From the IMG/VR virus record IMGVR_UViG_3300030104_006883, positions 64,001 through 128,000 of that record: 64,000 bases of DNA; one strand, given 5' to 3'. Made by a program: the position numbers and the translations under genes. The notes below the pieces were generated by a model that was given only the letters and a program-made list of their open reading frames with translations, did no database searches and was not told where the DNA came from. The stretch comes from a virus. This document shows positions 19,427 through 29,918 of this stretch, in pieces (the stretch's first letter is position 1; each line of letters begins with the position of its first letter).

Positions 19427-22400
19427 GTTTAAAAGATCTCTTTAAAAAAGAAAAATTTAGTCAAGTCTTGACTAAAAAAAGCAAAAAGGATTTGGAGCAA
19501 GAGGTAGAATCTTCTGCTTTTGTGCCAACTTATTTAAAAAAGTCTAATAGAGTTCTGCCTCAAGTGGACTACTCTGATCCTAAAAACTTTGCTAGATACG
19601 GCCTAGCGTCTCGATATTATAGGGATTCAATTGAGCGTATCTACAAAGAGTATCCCTATGATGGCTCATTAAGAGAAAAGATGGAGTGGGATGAAAGCTC
19701 TCTTTTAATTGATAAATATATTTTTGAAGAGCATTACCCTAGAACAAATGGATATATTAATTTTCTAGGATCTAGAGAAATGAGTACTGTAGCTGGTAAT
19801 TTTACTAGTTTTACTCACCCGTATGCTTATAACGATTACGCACAATATATCTTTTTAAAGGGAGGACCGCATCCTAGCAAACTTAGAGGCACAGAAACCC
19901 TAAGCGGAGAGCTTGTGCCAAGCTCCTCTATCAACTCTTTACCAAATTATTATGATTCTAACATTAATAGAACATCGAATCTTGAATTTAATGGAACCGA
20001 TGGAGTTACGGTAGAGTTCTGGCTTAGGAAAGATTCTTACCAAACGGCATCTGAATCTCCGACACAAACAGTTTTTGATCTTTGGAGTAGCGGCTCTTGG
20101 GGTGCTGATGTCGCAGGACAGCCTGGTTATGGACGTCTAAAGGTCGTCTCTTGTGTCGATCCTGTTGCATCTGGTTCTTCATTGTACATCTCTTTAATGT
20201 CCGGGTCAGGGCAGTATACCCAAGGAGTTTTCGACCCTCAACCTGCCACGATTGGCGGAGAAACACTAATATCAATAGGTACGGACGTTCCTGTCACAAG
20301 CTCAACATGGCACCATTATGCCCTTAGCTTCGCCAATACGGGGAGCAATATGAGAGCAAGATTATATGTGGATGGAGCCCTAAACCAAGAGATAGTAACA
20401 GGATCCTCTATTTCTTCAATAACGGGCACAATGGTGGCACAACTCGGCGCTCTAATTACTTCTCCTTCTGGATCTCATGCCGCCACACAGGGCTATGGAG
20501 CCCTAAGCGGGTCTTTAGATGAGTTTCGATTCTGGAGAAAAGAAAGAACTCCTGAACAGATTGGAAGATACTGGAAAAGACAGATTGGCGGCGGCACTAA
20601 CACGGACGATGTAAAATACTACTACAGTGGTTCCGTAGACGAAGGTAATGCTGTAGAGCTTGGGTTCTACTACAAGTTCAATGAAGGAATAACGCAAACA
20701 GCCAGTGTTGATTCAAACATTCTAGACTATTCCGGAAGAGTAACAAACGGTACTTGGACAGGATATAGCAACAGCAGCGCGCTATTAACGGATATGAGAT
20801 CAACAAATTCTGCAATTGTAGAGGCAAGCGCGTCAGCGGCAGAGTTTAAAGATCCGATAATTTACGAGAGACATCCAGATGTGCAGTCACTACTGGAAAC
20901 GAAAATAAAAGAAGGCGAACTACATGACCTTACTAATAACGCATCGATATTTAATTCATTCCCCTCTTGGATAAGGGAAGAGACAGAAGACAATCCGACA
21001 CTCGAACAATTATCTCAAATAATGGGCAGCTATTTTGATGAGCTACACATTATGATTGAAGATGTGAACAAAGTAAAGGATATCAGATATGTGTCTGGGT
21101 CTCTATCTGATGTTAATAAAGAATCTTCAATTGCTAAAAATCTCTTGTCAGGGGTCGGCTTTGACACGCCGGAGTTATTTGTTGATGCGGAGGTAATCGA
21201 AAAGTTTCTTCAAATGGGCGATGATAGAACCTATTCACAAAGCATAGATGATATTAAGAACCTCATATATAAAAACATTTATAACAATTTAACACACATA
21301 ATGAAATCTAAGGGGACTGTTAAATCTCTTAGAAATTTGATGCATTGCTTTGGTGTTAGTGAAGACTTAATAAAGATTAACACCTTTGCCGATAATATGA
21401 CTTTTGCTGTTAAAGACGAATATTATGATTCAACAATAAAAAAGACTTTCTTAGACTTTAGTTCTCTAGATGCGAGCAGTGCCGCTGTCTACCAGCAAAC
21501 TTCATCCTTGATCACGGATTCTACCGCGTATCTGTCGGCGTCTGGTTATCCCGCTGCACAGCAGGAATCGGATGGCTTTGGCTCTACATTTGAAAGCGAA
21601 GTGTTATTTCCATACCTACCGGATCAAGATACAGTAGAGTTTAAAGGCAACTATCCTTTAACATCTTCTATTTTTGGTGCACACTCCGCAAGACTGACTG
21701 CTCCGGCGGATACAACGTGGCAAGATGACAGCGGGGAAGATTACTTTTTCGAAGTACGCTCTGTAAAGAGCGTCAAAGACACAAGACACTCGTATTTCCA
21801 ACTTGCCAGCCCGCTGTTGTCTACTGGCTTTCTAGAGACTGAAGTTTTTTATGATGTATACGACAACTCGAATTGGACTTTTGCTGTTAAGGTTGCGCCT
21901 TCTAAGTACCCTCAATCTACACTAGACAATAGAACAGTGGGCACTGCCGACACTTATGTAGTTGAGTTTTATGGAGTCAACAACGTACAAGATATTATTA
22001 AAAATGAGTTTCATCATACGGAGACAATTAGTAATACGCTTGGAAAGAACTTTATGTCTTCGGCCAAAAGACTGTTTGCGGGAGCTAGTGTGGCCAACTT
22101 CACAGGCTCAGTCAACTTCTACTCAGATGTAAAAATTTCATCTGTCAAAGCATGGATGTCTCATCTTACTAACGAAGAAATTAAATCTCATGCAATAGAC
22201 GCTGGTAATTACGGAACTAGACAACCAGCGAACAACGCGTTTGTTTTCCAAACAGGGTCAACTTCTAACGACGGATCTACGAATGTTTTTATTCCAAAAA
22301 TAAAAACTCTTGCGCTTGATTGGGACTTCGGGCTTGTCACGGGCTCGGATGCCGCAGGAGCTTTTGCGGCATATGACATAACCTCCGGCTCCAGCGACCT

Positions 22401-25400
22401 TAGAAGAGAATACGGATGGCTTGGGAATGTTGTCAACTTACCAAATTCTGGAATTGGCAGAGGGTTCCCTGCGTCGACCGCTTCTTTTGTTTCTGTAGAA
22501 TACTTAGAGGATTCTAAAAAGCAGTTGCCAGAGATCCTGTATTCAGAAGACATGGTATCAATTTTATCTTTTGACGACGATAATCTTTATAGAGACCAAA
22601 AGCCGGTCGGATTTTTTACCTCTATAGAAAAAAACATGTACCAAGCTCTTTCTGAAGAGATTATGAACTTCTTTGCATCAATAAGAGATTATGGAGCACT
22701 AATTGGTCGAACTGAGGAAAGATACCGACAAGATTATAAGAGACTGTCGTTCCTGAAACAAATATTCTTTGAAAGACTTGGGAACACTCCGGACGTAGAC
22801 AGATTTGTTGAATACTTTAAATGGATAGACCAATCACTAGGCACAATGATAATGAATCTTGTTCCTGCATCTGCTAATATCAATAAGGGAATCAAGACGG
22901 TTATCGAAAGTCACGCTCTTGAAAGAAATAAGTACAGAAATAAATTTCCAACAATTGATTCTAAATTTGCTGAACCGGCATCATCGGGACAATTACAGCC
23001 AAACCTAGACACTACGAAGGTAAAGGTAAACTTAGCGATTCCAGACACGCTTGCTGGAAAATACCAAGATTTTATCGCAAAGCCAAATCCTTCTTTAGCA
23101 GGGCCTAAGCTCAATTCCCCACCGAGTACTGATCAAGATGTTCATATCTTATGGTGGAAGAACAAAGTCGACAAAACAAAGTTTGCGAAAACTGGCAACG
23201 CTGCACTAGATGTCATTAGACAGAAGTTATTTACGGTTTTTCAAAACAGTAACCAGGACTTACAAAACAAGCCATTTGTTTTTAGCACGAGTGTGAAAGC
23301 AAAAGAAATCGCTGGCGGTGCCAAGATGCCAGCGAACAAAAAAGGAATGTCTATAGCTTCAAAGATTTTATCTTTCGCGTCGAATAAGCAATTTGTAATT
23401 AATAATTCTAACGTGTCGGATCCGACAAAGACCTATATAGAAGAAATTATTCCAATAGAATTATTAACCAAGAGAAAGATAGTTGAGGTTAATATTGACA
23501 ACGAGCCAGATGCTTATCTTGTCAGCGGCAGCGACTCTGTTTTACCATTTGCTTTTTATAGTGCGAGCCATGAATATGACAGTGGAGCTTCGCTAGGCGG
23601 CTATTTGGCCTCTTTGGGCGTTTCTTTGAGTAATACGCAGATAAGTTTTGGCAATGATTTTTCAAATAATGAATTCGAAACCCCGCTGCAAGGGCCGTTC
23701 ACGGAAAGATTTGTAGGAGGGTATCAATATAGAAATGTCGCTCCTAATAAATTAGACGAAGCCGGGAATTTTAATACGGCGTACAATAGACCGGAAGGCT
23801 ATAATATAGTCCTTGCTTCAAATGAAATCACCGTTGTTCCCGTTGACAGTATTAATACAAATTTTGCTAGAGGTACTAGAATAAGACTACCTGGCGTTAA
23901 GAGGCCTGTCAACATCACAAACAGACCGTTTTATGCAACTAGTGGCTCTGTTATAAGTGGTAATTTAAATTTCACAAACCCAACAAGAACAGTTGGCAAT
24001 TTTGAAAGAAACTATGAATTAGTAATGACTACGGGCAGAGACACTAACAACCTATGGTTTAAGTCTGGCTCCACAGGAGCAGGCGGCGCTAGCAACCAGT
24101 ACGCTGAAGTTCTTACTTTAACTGGTAATTTGAACTTTGCTCTGCCGGATAGAGCCACTGGATCTAATAAGACTGTCATAGCAGAAAGATTCTCCGCACC
24201 AGGCAGTAAAGAAGTGTTGACAAGAGGGTTTTTAGACCCAGCGTCAGAGACGTACTCAGTTTATAACCAGTTGAATTATAGAAACTCGGTTGTCAGAACT
24301 AGTTTAAATGTTAGTGGAACTTTACATTCATTAGCATATGGTATACAAACTGGCAGCTTTGCCATTGGAGACGCGTATTCTTCTCTTGTTATGGCATCGT
24401 CTCACAAAGTAAATAGAAATGCTAGAAGAACAGTTTTTGTTACTGGAACAAGTTATTTTGCGCCAGTAATTTCAGTGGTAGTATCTGGCTCTAGATTTGA
24501 CAATGATAATGTAACGCATCAGATACCGCAGAGCGATAGAAATTATAATTGGATTACAGCGTCGATGCTTGATATAAACGGTGCTCCATATGGATTTGCT
24601 AACGCTGCTGGTTTTGTATCAAGTGCTGCTGGCGAGGTGTCTGAGTTTAAATTCTTAAGCGCAAGTCAAACATCAGTTAATAGTCATGTTGTAGATTTTG
24701 TTGGATTAAATACACTTATAAACGCACCATTACTAACTGGAACAAACGCTGTGAGTACGGCGTCCTTAAATACTTCTATCGCTTCATTAAGCTCGGCGGA
24801 TCTTTTAAATGCTCTACTTCTTCATCAGAACGGACCTTATGGGTTTGTTAGTTGGAAACAAATCAATAATTCAACCAACCCGCTGGTAAGGAACATGGTA
24901 AAGAATAATAGAATTTCTACCTTTACAGCGATGAATGATTTCTTCACTAAATCAAAATATAAGTGGTCGGGCGCTTCTGGAAAAGAAAAAGTATCCCACA
25001 ATAGCGCGACTAATGTGCGACGATTGTCTTCTTTTACAGAGCCGCCTGTTATTACTAGCTTCAAGCCAATTACACACAAGGTTGCTACAAAAGACTACGA
25101 TGGGAATAAGGCTAATTTTGATATCAAACATAGCTACGCCAATAATCTATCCAAATTCGCTTCGCCTGACTTAAACAACTCACTGGGCGCAGAAAGTAAT
25201 AAGCCAACACAGGCTTATGATAAATTATATAAAATATATACAAATAAAGAACTTGGAGAGGATAATCCGATTTCTGATTTGTTATCGCTTGAATATAAAG
25301 AAAATGTATATCCTCGATCTGTCAACGCCTATCTCGGCAAGTCTAGAGGGCGACAAAACTATACAGAGGTGCCGGGAACAGGACAGAATGGTTTCGATCG

Positions 25401-28113
25401 CAGAGAACATAGAACGTTTTGGCGAGATTCTCTTTTTGCGAGAGAAAGAACAGCAGCAACGGCGGTAAACTCTCAAGGATATACAATCTACAACAACCAA
25501 AGTAGAACACTTAGTGTTTGGCCTGTAGACTGCGGGGACGTATCTGAGATAGCCGGTCTATATGGCTTTCCTATTGATCTTACTGATTTGAACGGCGCGG
25601 TAGGTGAGCTTACTCACTATCCGTTCGTCAATCCCACGGGCTCTGTCACTGATGGCATCTTCCCTTCAGGCTTCTACGCCCCAATGTATGGGTATCACGT
25701 ATCGGCCTCCGCTGCGATGCATAGAAGAGCAATAAACCACAAGGTATATGCAGACACATATATCAGACCCCCAGTGTATCGCACAAATATACTTGCGGGC
25801 AAGAATCCTTGGTTTGATAGTTATGAAGACTATTCGGAAGATATAAGAAGGATAGCAAAAGACTACACTGTGCTGCCCGAATTTAGAATATCGGACCACA
25901 TGGACTTCTATCTAAATAATCAGACGGCATCTTTTGTTGGAACAAATAATAAATTCCTTAGTCTTGACGGAACAGCACACACCTCTAGCGCTCAAGGAGA
26001 GTTCGCTGAATTTGACGAAAGTTTTTTCAATGTTTATTCTAATTCTGACTTTATGAAATACTTTGATGTCATTCAAGAGGATCATGTCGGAGAGGAAATA
26101 GGTAAGCCGAGTAAAATTAAAATGACTTGTAGGGGAGTTAAAAAACTATTGCCATATAACGGATTTTATCCGACAACCAGAACACTTCAATTGGCTTCTC
26201 TACTCTCGCAGTCACTTGGGCCTTTCCTAAGCGGCTCGACTGAAAACTTAAACAATCCCGATACAGAGAGGTTAAACGCTGTTAACCGTCTTTTTGTGGC
26301 ACCTGGCTTGTTATTTAATAGTATCAAATCAGCAGTCGCGGTGGATTTTCCTTACTATACTTCTGCTGTGTCGGGCACAACCGCGTACCCTGGAGGATCG
26401 ACGGCAATTCAACAGCAGCTTCTTGGATATGAAACTCCGTATGATATGAGGCTACCATTTGAGGCGCTGGTAGATATCACTAAACACTTGCCCCCTACAA
26501 TTAAAGAGGTCACAGCGTGGGACTCCCTTACTTCGTTTCAGACAAACCTTTTCTTAGGCGAGCCAACTGCTACCGGTTCACATCCTTATGTAAACTGGAT
26601 GTTCGAAAAGAAACCTAATTTTGAGCTAGCCATGCATAACTTTCTGGGAGAGACGGTTAAGTTTTTCTTAAAAAATGAAAGTCTTACCAATTTCTATTCC
26701 GCACAACAGAGCCAGTTTAAAACTATGAAATCTGGTTCGACATATGGCCTGAGAGTAAATATGTTTAAGTCAAACGGCATGACGCTAACAGAGAATGTTG
26801 ATGCAAATCCTTCAAGGGGTCGAGCACGAGGAGCAATATACGGACCTCCCATGTCAAGTAGTTATTGGGCGTCGAAGAGCCATCCTAGCCTGAGCGGTTT
26901 TGACGATCCAGCGTATGCACCTCACACGCCACCCTACTTTTATGGTTTAGCACAAGCAAGTCTTAGCTTCGAGTGTTCTGAAACTAAAAAATATACTCTA
27001 CAAGAAATTTTGGCTGGACTAACTGTCTCTTACGCAAATGCACATCCTGGTTTGGTGCTAAATTGCTCAGCCTCTCTTAACAAGATGGAAGTTAGCTCTT
27101 CTATGAATTTGTTCGGAACTACAAGGGTGCAAAAAGTAAACTACTCAACAGGCCTTGGCCCTGAAGGTAATTACTTGCCAAGCTCTTTTGAGACTCCCGC
27201 TGACGACGCTTTTGATGTTTGGTCTATCGGAACTAAATGGGAATGCCCTGCATTGAACTTTAGCGCGTCGCACACTTCAACAGAAGGCGTAGGGATTTGG
27301 GCTGGGTATGGAACTATTCCGGACGAGACGACAGGAGTTTACACCGGACTGTCAAACGTTTCTGAGCAAGAGTCTTTACTGGAAGTGGTAGGGTTCCAAA
27401 CTACGAGAGAAAAGATCGGTAAAATTGCAGACGCTAAAGAAATATCCGAAGGTGTTGTTGCCATACCTTTTGTTGACAGTCCTGATTTAACTGATCTAGA
27501 GACAGTCGAATACCTTGGTAAGTCGTTCTTTAAGATAGATAGTGACACATATAAATACCAAACAGAGCTTAAAGAGGCAAAAGGCATTGCAGTGGAAAAG
27601 GCTAGCACGGAGGATGGAGCAGACAACGTACAACAAACCAGCATCACGGATATGTACGAAAAGATGCACAAATATGTAATCCCGCCACAACTTGATTTTA
27701 CTGATAAAGATTTAAATAAATCTCCGTTTGTGATGTATATCTTTGATTTTAACCACACATTAGACCAGAAAGACTTGGCTGATATTTGGCAAGGAGTCAT
27801 GCCAAAAATTTCAATAACAGCAGAGAAGCAGGATATTACTATTGAACATGCCATGAGCAAACACGAGTTCTTTGGAGGAATGCCATTGCCGCCGGAAACA
27901 AGGTGGATGGTGTTTAAAGTTAAGAAGAGAGCAGAGAATAACTACTTTAAAGTTACCGCCGATTCTAAAGATGACGATAGGTTCAAGTTCCTATTCAAGT
28001 CGTCAGAAAAAGATTATAAACATAGTTATAATTGGCCATATGATTTCTTCTCTTTGGTTGAGTTAGGACAGATAGAGGCCGCTGTAGAAATTGAGGGAGA
28101 CAAAAAAGAATGA
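19423..28113 (+). CDS. Giant baseplate/tail-tip protein (2896 aa) with LamG/concanavalin-A-like domain and gp7-like wedge motif
   Basis: LamG hallmarks VTVEFWLR, WHHYALSF, RLYVDGAL, GSLDEFRFW; NNLTHIMKSKGTVKSLRNLMHCFG resembles the gp7/P2-I KGT motif; ATGA coupling. Confidence 0.65.
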   Translation: MSLKDLFKKEKFSQVLTKKSKKDLEQEVESSAFVPTYLKKSNRVLPQVDYSDPKNFARYGLASRYYRDSIERIYKEYPYDGSLREKMEWDESSLLIDKYIFEEHYPRTNGYINFLGSREMSTVAGNFTSFTHPYAYNDYAQYIFLKGGPHPSKLRGTETLSGELVPSSSINSLPNYYDSNINRTSNLEFNGTDGVTVEFWLRKDSYQTASESPTQTVFDLWSSGSWGADVAGQPGYGRLKVVSCVDPVASGSSLYISLMSGSGQYTQGVFDPQPATIGGETLISIGTDVPVTSSTWHHYALSFANTGSNMRARLYVDGALNQEIVTGSSISSITGTMVAQLGALITSPSGSHAATQGYGALSGSLDEFRFWRKERTPEQIGRYWKRQIGGGTNTDDVKYYYSGSVDEGNAVELGFYYKFNEGITQTASVDSNILDYSGRVTNGTWTGYSNSSALLTDMRSTNSAIVEASASAAEFKDPIIYERHPDVQSLLETKIKEGELHDLTNNASIFNSFPSWIREETEDNPTLEQLSQIMGSYFDELHIMIEDVNKVKDIRYVSGSLSDVNKESSIAKNLLSGVGFDTPELFVDAEVIEKFLQMGDDRTYSQSIDDIKNLIYKNIYNNLTHIMKSKGTVKSLRNLMHCFGVSEDLIKINTFADNMTFAVKDEYYDSTIKKTFLDFSSLDASSAAVYQQTSSLITDSTAYLSASGYPAAQQESDGFGSTFESEVLFPYLPDQDTVEFKGNYPLTSSIFGAHSARLTAPADTTWQDDSGEDYFFEVRSVKSVKDTRHSYFQLASPLLSTGFLETEVFYDVYDNSNWTFAVKVAPSKYPQSTLDNRTVGTADTYVVEFYGVNNVQDIIKNEFHHTETISNTLGKNFMSSAKRLFAGASVANFTGSVNFYSDVKISSVKAWMSHLTNEEIKSHAIDAGNYGTRQPANNAFVFQTGSTSNDGSTNVFIPKIKTLALDWDFGLVTGSDAAGAFAAYDITSGSSDLRREYGWLGNVVNLPNSGIGRGFPASTASFVSVEYLEDSKKQLPEILYSEDMVSILSFDDDNLYRDQKPVGFFTSIEKNMYQALSEEIMNFFASIRDYGALIGRTEERYRQDYKRLSFLKQIFFERLGNTPDVDRFVEYFKWIDQSLGTMIMNLVPASANINKGIKTVIESHALERNKYRNKFPTIDSKFAEPASSGQLQPNLDTTKVKVNLAIPDTLAGKYQDFIAKPNPSLAGPKLNSPPSTDQDVHILWWKNKVDKTKFAKTGNAALDVIRQKLFTVFQNSNQDLQNKPFVFSTSVKAKEIAGGAKMPANKKGMSIASKILSFASNKQFVINNSNVSDPTKTYIEEIIPIELLTKRKIVEVNIDNEPDAYLVSGSDSVLPFAFYSASHEYDSGASLGGYLASLGVSLSNTQISFGNDFSNNEFETPLQGPFTERFVGGYQYRNVAPNKLDEAGNFNTAYNRPEGYNIVLASNEITVVPVDSINTNFARGTRIRLPGVKRPVNITNRPFYATSGSVISGNLNFTNPTRTVGNFERNYELVMTTGRDTNNLWFKSGSTGAGGASNQYAEVLTLTGNLNFALPDRATGSNKTVIAERFSAPGSKEVLTRGFLDPASETYSVYNQLNYRNSVVRTSLNVSGTLHSLAYGIQTGSFAIGDAYSSLVMASSHKVNRNARRTVFVTGTSYFAPVISVVVSGSRFDNDNVTHQIPQSDRNYNWITASMLDINGAPYGFANAAGFVSSAAGEVSEFKFLSASQTSVNSHVVDFVGLNTLINAPLLTGTNAVSTASLNTSIASLSSADLLNALLLHQNGPYGFVSWKQINNSTNPLVRNMVKNNRISTFTAMNDFFTKSKYKWSGASGKEKVSHNSATNVRRLSSFTEPPVITSFKPITHKVATKDYDGNKANFDIKHSYANNLSKFASPDLNNSLGAESNKPTQAYDKLYKIYTNKELGEDNPISDLLSLEYKENVYPRSVNAYLGKSRGRQNYTEVPGTGQNGFDRREHRTFWRDSLFARERTAATAVNSQGYTIYNNQSRTLSVWPVDCGDVSEIAGLYGFPIDLTDLNGAVGELTHYPFVNPTGSVTDGIFPSGFYAPMYGYHVSASAAMHRRAINHKVYADTYIRPPVYRTNILAGKNPWFDSYEDYSEDIRRIAKDYTVLPEFRISDHMDFYLNNQTASFVGTNNKFLSLDGTAHTSSAQGEFAEFDESFFNVYSNSDFMKYFDVIQEDHVGEEIGKPSKIKMTCRGVKKLLPYNGFYPTTRTLQLASLLSQSLGPFLSGSTENLNNPDTERLNAVNRLFVAPGLLFNSIKSAVAVDFPYYTSAVSGTTAYPGGSTAIQQQLLGYETPYDMRLPFEALVDITKHLPPTIKEVTAWDSLTSFQTNLFLGEPTATGSHPYVNWMFEKKPNFELAMHNFLGETVKFFLKNESLTNFYSAQQSQFKTMKSGSTYGLRVNMFKSNGMTLTENVDANPSRGRARGAIYGPPMSSSYWASKSHPSLSGFDDPAYAPHTPPYFYGLAQASLSFECSETKKYTLQEILAGLTVSYANAHPGLVLNCSASLNKMEVSSSMNLFGTTRVQKVNYSTGLGPEGNYLPSSFETPADDAFDVWSIGTKWECPALNFSASHTSTEGVGIWAGYGTIPDETTGVYTGLSNVSEQESLLEVVGFQTTREKIGKIADAKEISEGVVAIPFVDSPDLTDLETVEYLGKSFFKIDSDTYKYQTELKEAKGIAVEKASTEDGADNVQQTSITDMYEKMHKYVIPPQLDFTDKDLNKSPFVMYIFDFNHTLDQKDLADIWQGVMPKISITAEKQDITIEHAMSKHEFFGGMPLPPETRWMVFKVKKRAENNYFKVTADSKDDDRFKFLFKSSEKDYKHSYNWPYDFFSLVELGQIEAAVEIEGDKKE

Positions 28114-29918
28114 CATTCTTCAATAGAAAAGAAGAAGTTATAGATATTGAACTAACTCAATATGGCAAACTACTATTGTCTAAAGGAAAGTTCAAGCCAA
28201 AGAAGTACGCTTTTTTTGATGATGACATCGTTTACGATGCACAATACGCAACTCCAACAGATAGAACAAGTGTTGCGGGCGCTGTAGAAGAAAATCAAAA
28301 TGATATTTCTACTAGAATCAAAGAATCCGTTAGGAGCCATGCTCAACATAACTATGGAGATGCTTACAACTTAGGGGAGATAGAAGAGGCGGAAGAAAGT
28401 GTTCTAATGAGCACTTCGGTAAAAAACTTTAAAGGTATAGAATATGAATTGGTTTCAACTGATGCCGAGCTTGTATTGATGACTAAGACATTTGAATATT
28501 CGGATTACACGAAATACTTCCCCGCAGGACAGCAACAGTTGTGGATAGCCTGGATGATGAACAAAATCAATAAAATATTTTTAGGCCAAAAGAAGACGTA
28601 TTCAACACAATTGAAGTCTTACTCGCAATTTAAAATAGAAGTAGATGCCAATGCCCTTAACCCAGACGACAACACTCTGAGTCCAAAAATAACTCTCATC
28701 AAATATTATCCATATACCGAGACAAGCAAAAAGGCTTTTCCTACTTATGAGACGAGTTTTGAAACCATGGAGTTTGGAAAAAGTAGAACAGTGTTTGATC
28801 ATGATCTTTACTATGAAGGCCTCCCGCTGGGATCGATGGAACTTAAAAATCAAAAAATGCCAGCGTGGGACATTCTGTCTCTAAATGACAAAGAAATAAA
28901 TTTAAGATCTCTAACGTTAGATTTGTTTAGCTCTCCACCTGGCAACAAGCCGCTGGACAACTTTAACACAAAATATTATACTTATGGAAATCTTCCAATA
29001 CCACAAATTAGTGCTGACATAAAAGTTAGAACTATACTGGACGATGACAAGACTATAAACCTTCTTGAAGAAGATATAGTAGAGTCGCAACGCCTAATAG
29101 ACGGGCTTACTTTAAGAGTTAAGAACGATTATCTTTTACTAATAGTGGATGAAAAAAATACTTATTTTGAAAATGAAAATTTTGATATTGAAGTTTTTGA
29201 AATGCAAAACAACTCAAAGCCAGCGACCGCAACTTTTGTTGTGAGCGCGGTTGGCAGCATCTCTAATGGACAAACCCTTAAATTTACCACATACGATGGC
29301 GCACTATACAGCGCAGCCGTAGACACATCGGTGACTAAAGACAACTCAACTGCGACTGTGATAGGCACAAGCGGCGTCTCTACAGATGCGGACTTGGCAG
29401 AATCTATTAGCAACAGCATTAATTCTTTTAATAAAACACAATACACGGTGGTAGATGGAGTTGAGGCCACTTTCAATGAAATAGGGTCCACCGGAGATCA
29501 GCAGTTTGTACTGCAACAAGCTGGGTTTACCGAGGTTTACACTAAAGAACATGCTGTACAGGGGACTTTATTTACTGACGGCGTTTTGACATCTCTTGTT
29601 AATTGGGACGAAGATCCTGCATCTAAAACTCTAAAAAGGCTGTATTTTTCTAAGGACGCGACCAACATGGAATCGGGGATGCTATACTCTCCTGAAGAAG
29701 CCACTGCTGTCTCTGCCACGCCGGTAAGTGATACCCACGTAGCATATTATTTAAATGTTCTTGTAGATGAAGAGATTGATAGTCAATTGTTCAACAAGTA
29801 TCAAGATAAACTCAAAAACATGAGAGTTGACAAGTTGCTAAAACCCGAAGTACAAACAAATCCCAACAACTTTAATATTTACGGAGATGATACGGAAGAT
29901 CCGGGGAGTATTTGTTAA
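28110..29918 (+). CDS. Virion protein with tail-collar (DUF3751-like) N-terminal motif
   Basis: VIDIELTQYGKLLLSKGKFKPKKYAFFDDDIVY parallels the N-terminus of 36673-37614. Confidence 0.5.
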   Translation: MTFFNRKEEVIDIELTQYGKLLLSKGKFKPKKYAFFDDDIVYDAQYATPTDRTSVAGAVEENQNDISTRIKESVRSHAQHNYGDAYNLGEIEEAEESVLMSTSVKNFKGIEYELVSTDAELVLMTKTFEYSDYTKYFPAGQQQLWIAWMMNKINKIFLGQKKTYSTQLKSYSQFKIEVDANALNPDDNTLSPKITLIKYYPYTETSKKAFPTYETSFETMEFGKSRTVFDHDLYYEGLPLGSMELKNQKMPAWDILSLNDKEINLRSLTLDLFSSPPGNKPLDNFNTKYYTYGNLPIPQISADIKVRTILDDDKTINLLEEDIVESQRLIDGLTLRVKNDYLLLIVDEKNTYFENENFDIEVFEMQNNSKPATATFVVSAVGSISNGQTLKFTTYDGALYSAAVDTSVTKDNSTATVIGTSGVSTDADLAESISNSINSFNKTQYTVVDGVEATFNEIGSTGDQQFVLQQAGFTEVYTKEHAVQGTLFTDGVLTSLVNWDEDPASKTLKRLYFSKDATNMESGMLYSPEEATAVSATPVSDTHVAYYLNVLVDEEIDSQLFNKYQDKLKNMRVDKLLKPEVQTNPNNFNIYGDDTEDPGSIC

